NCBI GenBank assembly: GCA_030606485.1
Contig: JAUWGH010000007.1
Coordinates: 120,001 to 152,000 of the forward strand
Direction: 5' to 3'
DNA length: 32,000 nucleotides
DNA from: Promethearchaeota archaeon
GTDB taxonomy: Archaea > Asgardarchaeota > Lokiarchaeia > Sigyniarchaeales > SOKP01
In this document: one piece after another, positions 25,010-32,000 of the stretch
Layout: each line of letters opens with the position of its first letter
Numbering within the stretch: position 1 is the stretch's first letter
Notes under the pieces: model-generated
Databases searched by the model: none
Told to the model about the DNA's origin: nothing
What the model saw: only the letters and a program-made list of their open reading frames with translations
Made by a program: the position numbers and the translations under genes

Positions 25010-26239
25010 TTAGAAAATTTGTTCTTTTCCTGCTACAAAACTATCTCGTAATTCAAAAAAGGCTTCTTTAGAAAATCTCTTATCTATAACTTCTTTTACT
25101 ACATTTTCTATACGAGAAAAAGCCACATTTGCTGCAGGTATGATAGAAACACTATTTACCCAAGGGTCATTAATTGGTCTTCCAATTTGACTTAATAACT
25201 TTACATGTGCCTCAATAACATCCCCTTGACCGGTTTCGATAATGTCTCTCGCAACGTGATTTGCAAGAACATTATATATCTTACCCACATGATTAATTGG
25301 GTTTTTTCCTGCCACAGCCTCTAATGACATAGTTCTACATGGAGTTATTAAGCCATTACAGCGGTTCCCCCGCCCTACTTCACCATCATCGCCCGATTCT
25401 GCACTAGTTCCTGTGATAGTTAAATATAATATCTTCTTTTCTAAAATATCAGCCACATTTACTTGACAAGTTGCTTCTTTCTCTGGAATAATTTTGGCTG
25501 CTAAATCCAGAACTGCATCCTTAATTTGCTCACAATAATTAATGTATTCATTTGCATCGTTTATATATTTAGAAACCATAGCACAAGCTAAAGTAATACC
25601 AATTTTATTTTCAATTCGATGACTCATAACTTTGATATCTTCCCCAGATGCTTTGCATTTGTCTTTAAACGCGTCAGAATTAATTAACCTTTCCACTTCA
25701 AGTGTTATTCTCTCACAATCACTTAAAGGTGCATAACCTACACCAAAACTAGTGTCATTAGCCATCGGTATATGGTTCATAGAATCACTTTCATCAAAAA
25801 GCCCAGTTAAATCTAAAGAACCTGGTCGAACAGCATGATCAAACTGGATATCTTTAGTAAAATCTAAATTTCTAAACGTATCTATAATAACTTGTCTAGA
25901 AGCATCTAAGCAGAGGGGTCCTATCGGAATATAATTCATTTTATTTCCAACCATAATTTGATTTATAGCTCTTCCAACAATCAAAAAATATTGTGGTTCT
26001 ATTATTAAACCACCACCAAAAGTGGGCTTAGTAATTCCTCCAACCAGTGCAGCTTTATCCACATTATGATGATAATACCGATCAAAATTATCTAAATAAT
26101 ATTTACATAATGCTCTTGATGAAGCTTCTGCAGCTGCATCGCAAACTGTATCAGGATGTCCCACTCCCTTTCTCTCTACGATTTCTGGAAACTCCGATTT
26201 CTCAATAGTATCTAACTTTGATAAATCAATCTTTAACAT
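25010..26239 (-). CDS. mat: S-adenosylmethionine synthetase, archaeal type
   Basis: [62 protein letters not shown]. Confidence 0.97.
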   Translation of the reverse strand: MLKIDLSKLDTIEKSEFPEIVERKGVGHPDTVCDAAAEASSRALCKYYLDNFDRYYHHNVDKAALVGGITKPTFGGGLIIEPQYFLIVGRAINQIMVGNKMNYIPIGPLCLDASRQVIIDTFRNLDFTKDIQFDHAVRPGSLDLTGLFDESDSMNHIPMANDTSFGVGYAPLSDCERITLEVERLINSDAFKDKCKASGEDIKVMSHRIENKIGITLACAMVSKYINDANEYINYCEQIKDAVLDLAAKIIPEKEATCQVNVADILEKKILYLTITGTSAESGDDGEVGRGNRCNGLITPCRTMSLEAVAGKNPINHVGKIYNVLANHVARDIIETGQGDVIEAHVKLLSQIGRPINDPWVNSVSIIPAANVAFSRIENVVKEVIDKRFSKEAFFELRDSFVAGKEQIF

Positions 26240-26430
26240 ATGTTAAACCATTTCTAATAGTATTTTTTTATATATAAAGCAATTTAATCCATAAAATAAA
26301 TTCTTTTCTGAAATTATTAAATCCGTTTTTAATAAACAAAAACACATTAAATTTAAAAACAAAAGATTCTATTAAGTTATTAAACTTAATAAATTACCTA
26401 GCTTAATTTTAAAAAAATAATAAAATTACC

Positions 26431-27219
26431 TTGGTGAAAGCTATATTCGAAACACAAATTCATATTGTATTTAATGCTGACGAGGGAGAAAGAATAACTT
26501 TCCCGATAATAACTTCAAAACCTAATAAGTTATACTATTTTAAGGCTGATCCATCAAAATTAAATGCTGCTGATATGTATGAATCCTTTTACAGAAAAAA
26601 TTCTGAAGTTTTAAAAAAGGAAATTCCAACATTAGAAATAATAACAAATCTAATCGATTATACAGATTATTTTCAAATAATTCAAGAAATATCAAAAGTA
26701 GTCAGCAACGAAAGGGAGCAAAATCCTAACTGTAAAATTTATATTAATATTTCTGCTGGTTCTAAATTAACTGCAATTGCTTCAATAGAAGCGGCAAGGA
26801 TATGGGATTTAGAAACCTACTATCTCTATTCTCAAAAAATAAGTTTTGGTGGAGGTCCTAAGCATTCTGGCAAGATGGAATTCCTACCGATAAAAGGGTT
26901 CCCAATACAAAAACCCAGAGAAGATTTAATTAAAGTATTGAAAGTAATAGAAAAAATGATGGTTGGAGGTAAAAAATTTATATATAAAAAATATTTATTG
27001 AATGTTTTAAAAGATGAGGGATTGTTGCAATTAATCACAGAAAACCCTGATTTGAAAAAAAATAAATCAAGTGAATATATGGCTCTTAATCAAAGATATT
27101 TAAATCCATTAGAAAAAGCTTGGAAATTTATAAAAATATCTGATGACAAACGAAATAAAAAAATATTTCTTACTGATGAAGGCAAGGAGATATTAAAAAT
27201 TTTTAAATATTATATATAG
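26431..27219 (+). CDS. CARF-like domain + winged-helix regulator (Csa3/DUF6293-like)
   Basis: IYINISAGSKLTAIASIEAA CARF-type motif; C-term YLNPLEKAWKFI...KIFLTDEG wHTH. Confidence 0.8.
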   Translation: MVKAIFETQIHIVFNADEGERITFPIITSKPNKLYYFKADPSKLNAADMYESFYRKNSEVLKKEIPTLEIITNLIDYTDYFQIIQEISKVVSNEREQNPNCKIYINISAGSKLTAIASIEAARIWDLETYYLYSQKISFGGGPKHSGKMEFLPIKGFPIQKPREDLIKVLKVIEKMMVGGKKFIYKKYLLNVLKDEGLLQLITENPDLKKNKSSEYMALNQRYLNPLEKAWKFIKISDDKRNKKIFLTDEGKEILKIFKYYI

Positions 27220-27305
27220 TGTTTAAAATACTATAAATAAAATAAAATAAATAAGTGCTTTATATTAAATATACAGATAGAAAAAAGAGAGTAACTTTTA
27301 TTTAA

Positions 27306-28310
27306 ATGAATGTTCCAAATTTTTATTCAAATGTAATAACTCAATTAAAATTATTATTAGAAAATAATGGTTTCACAACTTATTTACTAAAATCACTTAA
27401 AGAAAAATTTTGTTTTGACATTCTTGCGAAAAATGATGCTTCTCTAATAGTTATAAAAATTATTTCTAATATTGATAATATTAGCGAAGATTTGCTGGAT
27501 GAATTAAAGTTTTTTTCTAAAATTGTACAAGCAATTCCTATTATTATCGGAGAAAAAAATCGACGTTCAAAACTAGAGAATAATACTATTTATATAAGAA
27601 AAAATCTACCAATCATAAATGTTGAAACTTTCAAGTTAATAATACACAATAAAGTTTTCCCCTATATCCTTGCAAAAAAAGGCGGAGGAACAATTTTCTT
27701 AGATGGAAATAGATTAAGACTAATGCGAGAGGAAAAGGAAGTTTCTCGAAAAAACTTTTCTGACATGATTGGAATCACCAAAAGGTCATTATGTTCCTAT
27801 GAAAGAGGAGTAATGAGAACTTCAATTGAAACAGCAAATAAAATTCAAAAAATTTTTGACGATACAATTATAAGGAAAATTAATATATTTAATTGGAAAT
27901 TTCAGGTTGACATTAACGAATTTCTTGACCTGGATCAAGATAGGACTGAATTCCAAGAGCAATTAGAGGGTATTTTAAAAGATATTGGTTTTTTTACTTT
28001 CTGGGCCAAAGATAAGATTATTCCATATGATCTTTTTATCACATCTAAAAATTTAAAATCATTTGAAAAAATTGATGATTTTTATCCTGTTTGTTTTTCA
28101 ATTAATCAAACTCAGAAAGTTAATAAACCAAAAATAGTGGATTTAATAAAAATGTCTCAAATTTTACAGAAAAAATATCTTCATATTGTTGAATCTTACA
28201 AAACATCAAATTTGCCAGTTAATAAGATGCCAGTTATTCAAATAAAAGATCTTGAAAAAATAGATGACGAAGAAGAATTCAAAGAGTTTGTAAAGGAATT
28301 AAAATTATAA
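27306..28310 (+). CDS. Archaeal Cro/C1-type HTH regulator with restriction-endonuclease-like N-domain (COG1395-like)
   Basis: FDILAKN...VIKI, IPIIIGE, LDGNRLRLMREE...GITKRSLCSYERG. Confidence 0.88.
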   Translation: MNVPNFYSNVITQLKLLLENNGFTTYLLKSLKEKFCFDILAKNDASLIVIKIISNIDNISEDLLDELKFFSKIVQAIPIIIGEKNRRSKLENNTIYIRKNLPIINVETFKLIIHNKVFPYILAKKGGGTIFLDGNRLRLMREEKEVSRKNFSDMIGITKRSLCSYERGVMRTSIETANKIQKIFDDTIIRKINIFNWKFQVDINEFLDLDQDRTEFQEQLEGILKDIGFFTFWAKDKIIPYDLFITSKNLKSFEKIDDFYPVCFSINQTQKVNKPKIVDLIKMSQILQKKYLHIVESYKTSNLPVNKMPVIQIKDLEKIDDEEEFKEFVKELKL

Positions 28311-28311
28311 A

Positions 28312-28980
28312 ATGGCTAAATTAATTTTAGGTATAGATGAGGCTGGTAGAGGTTGTTTAATCGGCTCAATGATTATTTGTGGTGTCCTTTTTGATGAAAA
28401 CAAACATAAATATTTAGAAGAAATTGGTGTAAAAGATTCTAAAAAATTATCTCCAAGAAGAAGAACAGAATTATGCAAGTTAATTGTAGAAAACTGTGTA
28501 AAATATAAAGTTATTGATGTTTCGGTAAAAGAGATTGATGATAGACTCAATAAAAACATAACTCTGAATGAATTGGAGTTGGAAAAATTTGTTGAAATTA
28601 TTAATTCTCTAAAGCCAGATGAGGCATTTCTTGATGCAGTAGATGTAAATGAAGAACGATTTAAAATTTCTTGTAAGAAAAGAGTAAATTATAAAGGGCT
28701 TAAAATTGTTTCTAAGCATAAAGCTGACGATCTTTTTCCAATAGTCTCTGCAGCTTCAATTGTAGCTAAAACAATTAGAGATAAAAAAATTTCGGAATTA
28801 AAAATTAAATATGGTGATCTTGGATCTGGTTATACAAGTGACGTAAAAACTATTGAATTTGTTAGAAATTGGATTAAAGAAAAGAAATCTATTCCTCCCT
28901 TTATTAGAAAAAGCTGGGATACTACAAAGAGACTTTTGGAAGAAGAATTATATAATAAAAAAATAAGTGAATTTCTCTAG
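28312..28980 (+). CDS. rnhB: Ribonuclease HII
   Basis: GIDEAGRG, VKDSKKL, HKADDLFPIVSAASIVAK, GSGY. Confidence 0.98.
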   Translation: MAKLILGIDEAGRGCLIGSMIICGVLFDENKHKYLEEIGVKDSKKLSPRRRTELCKLIVENCVKYKVIDVSVKEIDDRLNKNITLNELELEKFVEIINSLKPDEAFLDAVDVNEERFKISCKKRVNYKGLKIVSKHKADDLFPIVSAASIVAKTIRDKKISELKIKYGDLGSGYTSDVKTIEFVRNWIKEKKSIPPFIRKSWDTTKRLLEEELYNKKISEFL

Positions 28981-28988
28981 AAATTTAT

Positions 28989-29678
28989 TTATTTTTCCAA
29001 GATGACTCCTAGATGTCCGCCAGCGTAAGAATCTATATGAATTTTTTCTAAGACCTTTAAATTGGCACTTTTTAGAGTATTTAATTCATTTTGAAAAATC
29101 TCTTTTGGTTTTTCTGTACTTTTGATGGATTGCGATTTAATAAATAATATTATCTTTCCGCCTTCTTTTAAGTATAAGTTAGCATTTCTTATTGCAATAT
29201 TTGCCTGATCAGGGTGTGAAACATCTTGATAAATTAAATCCACTGGCTTATAAATTAACATTGAATATTCCTGTGGATTTAATGCATTTCCAAGAATAGG
29301 TATTATATTCTTTCGAGATGAAGTATTTTGAATTAATTGGCGTAAGCTTCTTTCAGAAATTTCAACACCAAATATTAATCCATTAGAAACTATATCAGAA
29401 ATGTGAGAAATCGTAGTTCCAGTAGATGTTCCTAGATATAAACAGGTTGTTTTTCTTTCTAAATATATCTTTTGACTCCCTTTTAAAATTAAAGCTGCTA
29501 ATTTACTTCGATATGGATCCCATAATCGAAATTCTTCATCCATTTTTAGAATTATTTTTTCTCCATAAATTACATTACCTTTATCCAGATTTTTGGTATA
29601 TAATTTTAATTTTTCAGAAGGACCCGATATAAATACATTTACAAATTTAGGATGAGGGCGGATATTTGGTTGAATCAA
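28989..29678 (-). CDS. flpA: Fibrillarin-like rRNA/tRNA 2'-O-methyltransferase
   Basis: VYG-like VIYGE, FRLWDPYRSKLAA, LYLGTSTGTTISHISD, IYQDVSHPDQ. Confidence 0.97.
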   Translation of the reverse strand: MIQPNIRPHPKFVNVFISGPSEKLKLYTKNLDKGNVIYGEKIILKMDEEFRLWDPYRSKLAALILKGSQKIYLERKTTCLYLGTSTGTTISHISDIVSNGLIFGVEISERSLRQLIQNTSSRKNIIPILGNALNPQEYSMLIYKPVDLIYQDVSHPDQANIAIRNANLYLKEGGKIILFIKSQSIKSTEKPKEIFQNELNTLKSANLKVLEKIHIDSYAGGHLGVILEK

Positions 29679-29712
29679 ATTAAATTCATCTCTCTAGAGA
29701 TTGAAGAAATTA

Positions 29713-30927
29713 TCATCTCTTTTTACTTCTTTTCTTTTTTGATAAATTCTGAGACTTTTTTTGACTCTTTTTTGGTGGATTTGGAAATTTTCGTTTGATT
29801 TCTTCAATCTTTTGATTAACTTCATTTAATAATTGATCTCCTAATAGTTTATCGGAAAAATAATCTAATTTTGCAGCTAATGATATTTTACCAGATAATA
29901 ATCGAGAAATTTTCCCCCTATGCCAAGGTTTTGCAGAACGAATTCCATGCCATTGAAATATAATACCATGCTTTGGAGATTTTGCACTTGATTTTAAGGA
30001 TCTAAATAATGCCCTTTCTGCTCCCAATAACTGAATAGTTGAGGCTGGTAGCATGGCTAACTTTTTAATACTCCCGGCAGAAGCCACTAATTTAGCTCCT
30101 ATTAATGCTCCTACAAGCGTTGTCAAATTAGGGGTTGCTCCATTCATTAATTCATCTAAATCATTTTCCAATCGCGTTCGATATAACTCAATAGATAGAA
30201 TTAAATCGGCATATTTCTGAATATTATCAAGGTCAATCTCCGCACCCATTGAATTTTGAGATTGAGTGATGATCTCGTTCAATGTATAATCTTTAAAAGA
30301 AAATTTTTCTTGAAGGTTCTCTTTAGTAAAATTCTCTCGGTTTCCAATAATTGAAATTAATTTACTAAATAACACATGATCCTCAATAATTTTGTCAGTT
30401 AATTCCGGGAAATGTAATCCATACCACTCTCTAATACGTGTGCTAAATAAATTTATAGTTTTCTTTAGTAAATCAAGAGTATTTATCATTTGAATAATTA
30501 ATATATCATCTTTTCCTGAAGCCCGACTTATTGATTTTTTTGCAAGACTTTCCCCTAATTTTTTCGATCGTTCTCTTATTTGTTCCTCCGTTATTTGAAC
30601 TCCATATTTATTAACACTATTTATCAAATTTAATTTAAACGATTGAATAAGAGGACACGGAACCTCATGTTTTGCATTAAAATTAGAATTCTGATTAATT
30701 AAATTACTTAAATTTGAATTATCAACAATAAATTCATTATACCCATTTTCTGATAACTCCTCTAATAAATATATAAATTCTTGAGGTAGATTATTTTCTC
30801 CTATGAGTCCATAGAATTCAATTATTTTATTAATTTCTCCATTAAAATCTCGAAAATTAATTGGATTCTCTAATTCATCAATTACAAAAATCCCAACTAC
30901 AGTATCTGCAATATAACACTTAATAAT
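29713..30927 (-). CDS. nop5: C/D box RNP protein Nop5 (Nop56/58); ATT start, about 404 aa (track gives only the C-terminal 304 aa)
   Basis: Nop domain REWYGLHFPEL, PASTIQLLGAERALF, PKHGIIF. The frame stays open 100 codons upstream of 30627 (IIKCYIADTVVGIFVIDE...) with no in-frame ATG/GTG/TTG. Confidence 0.95.
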   Translation of the reverse strand: MIKCYIADTVVGIFVIDELENPINFRDFNGEINKIIEFYGLIGENNLPQEFIYLLEELSENGYNEFIVDNSNLSNLINQNSNFNAKHEVPCPLIQSFKLNLINSVNKYGVQITEEQIRERSKKLGESLAKKSISRASGKDDILIIQMINTLDLLKKTINLFSTRIREWYGLHFPELTDKIIEDHVLFSKLISIIGNRENFTKENLQEKFSFKDYTLNEIITQSQNSMGAEIDLDNIQKYADLILSIELYRTRLENDLDELMNGATPNLTTLVGALIGAKLVASAGSIKKLAMLPASTIQLLGAERALFRSLKSSAKSPKHGIIFQWHGIRSAKPWHRGKISRLLSGKISLAAKLDYFSDKLLGDQLLNEVNQKIEEIKRKFPNPPKKSQKKSQNLSKKKRSKKR

Positions 30928-31036
30928 TTAGTCCCCTTATACTATCTTTAAATAATATAAAAATACTTATTATTATAATAATGAGTTCCCTATTAAAAAT
31001 AAACATATCAACACTTGAAAAATTTTAAAAATAATA

Positions 31037-31954
31037 ATGAGTGAATTTTTTAAAAAAATTGCCGAGAAACCATTCATATTGGCTTCTGGTATTCTTGGTG
31101 TTTCTTATTCTAGTATGAAACGGATATTTGAAGGGGGAGCAGGAGCAGTAGTCACAAAATCAATTGGACCAATTCTAAGAAAGGGATATAAAAATCCTTC
31201 AATTATAGAAATACTGCCTGGAACTTTCATTAATAGCGTTGGTCTTGCAAATCCAGGTATAGATAATTTTATTTCAGAGATTAAAGAATTAAAACAGAAT
31301 AATATAACAACTATTGTCTCAGTTTTTGGGGATTCAATAGAAACCTATACCCAGGTAGCAGTAAAGGCCCAAGATGCGGGTGCAGATGCTATAGAATTAA
31401 ATATTTCTTGCCCTCATGCTGAAATATCGATTATTTGTCAAAATAAACAATTAACATATGAATATGTTGTAGCTGTTAAAAAAGAGTTAAAAATACCATT
31501 AATTGTAAAGTTATCTCCAAATGTAACAGATATAGGCGAGATTGCATTAAGTGCTGAGAAAGCGGGGGCAGACGCTATCACCGCAATTAATACAGTAAAT
31601 GCAATGGTAATTGATATTGAAACTCAGAGACCAATTTTATCACATGGAAGCGGTGGTCTTTCTGGGAAAGCAATCCATCCTATAGCTGTAAAAAAAATGT
31701 TTGATCTTTATAAAATTGTAAGAATTCCTATATTTGGATGTGGTGGAGTATTTACAGGGGAAGACGCAATTGAATTTTTCTTGGCTGGCGCTTCTGCTGT
31801 TCAAATTGGTTCCGCTTTATATCAAGATTACAATGCAATAACGAATATTATTAATAGCGCTAAAAAATATTTAGAAGTTCATAATTATAAATCATTCTCA
31901 GATATAGTTGGAAATGCACATAAATTTGAAACTCAGGAGGCTCCAGATTTTTAA
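31037..31954 (+). CDS. pyrD: Dihydroorotate dehydrogenase, family 1B catalytic subunit
   Basis: VVTKS, INSVGLANPG, ELNISCPH, VKLSPN, AINT, GGLSG, GCGGV, VQIGSA. Confidence 0.96.
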   Translation: MSEFFKKIAEKPFILASGILGVSYSSMKRIFEGGAGAVVTKSIGPILRKGYKNPSIIEILPGTFINSVGLANPGIDNFISEIKELKQNNITTIVSVFGDSIETYTQVAVKAQDAGADAIELNISCPHAEISIICQNKQLTYEYVVAVKKELKIPLIVKLSPNVTDIGEIALSAEKAGADAITAINTVNAMVIDIETQRPILSHGSGGLSGKAIHPIAVKKMFDLYKIVRIPIFGCGGVFTGEDAIEFFLAGASAVQIGSALYQDYNAITNIINSAKKYLEVHNYKSFSDIVGNAHKFETQEAPDF

Positions 31955-32000
31955 TGATTAAAAAACCACGAATGGTTCAAATATCGGAGATTGTCCAAGA
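31954..32000 (+). CDS. pyrK: Probable DHOD electron-transfer subunit, 5' end (runs off window)
   Basis: TAATG overlap with pyrD stop; MIKKPRMVQISEIVQ is a PyrK-like start. Only 15 codons are visible. Confidence 0.55.
   Translation, partial: MIKKPRMVQISEIVQ

Noticed and set aside
632-29632. Short track ORFs overlapping real genes (e.g. 632-862, 1379-1621, 1894-2085, 6531-6725, 8356-8541, 11115-11360, 12701-12889, 14484-14669, 16318-16500, 16802-17098, 17887-18072, 21098-21295, 21116-21313, 21614-21880, 22692-22889, 26832-27038, 28305-28559, 29426-29632)
   Set aside because: Antisense or alternate-frame shadows of well-supported CDSs, with F/I/L/S-rich composition and no motifs.
1-32000. CRISPR arrays, IS elements, integrases, rRNA or tRNA genes
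   Set aside because: No regularly spaced repeats, transposase/integrase motifs, terminal inverted repeats or long GC-rich structured-RNA segments were seen.

Overview
AT-rich archaeal chromosomal window, most likely from an Asgard archaeon (Loki-/Promethearchaeia-like). The taxon is inferred from a longin-domain protein, Elf1, SmAP3-type Sm, archaeal MAT, Nop5-fibrillarin and composition. Housekeeping blocks lie at both ends: rtcB (partial), cutA, nucleotidyltransferase, radical SAMs, rimI and pelota on the left; mat, rnhB, fibrillarin, nop5 and pyrD/pyrK on the right. Four things stand out. (1) An 8-gene, tightly packed, mostly unannotatable cluster (11.6-20.5 kb) contains an ATPase-dead SMC-like protein, one or two kite/MAGE-like winged-helix proteins, a tandem Zn-ribbon/PC4-like protein and a AAA ATPase. 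(2) A BAR-like gene lies next to a 138-aa coiled-coil/polyproline/C-helix protein resembling a minimal WASH/WASP-type factor. (3) At least five genes, including Nop5, appear to need ATT/ATA start codons behind clear Shine-Dalgarno motifs. (4) An Elf1 has a duplicated core, and an AN1-fused pseudo-rhomboid sits beside an AN1-fused M50 protease. No rRNA, tRNA, CRISPR array or mobile element was found. All homology calls are by-eye motif recognition, not database searches.
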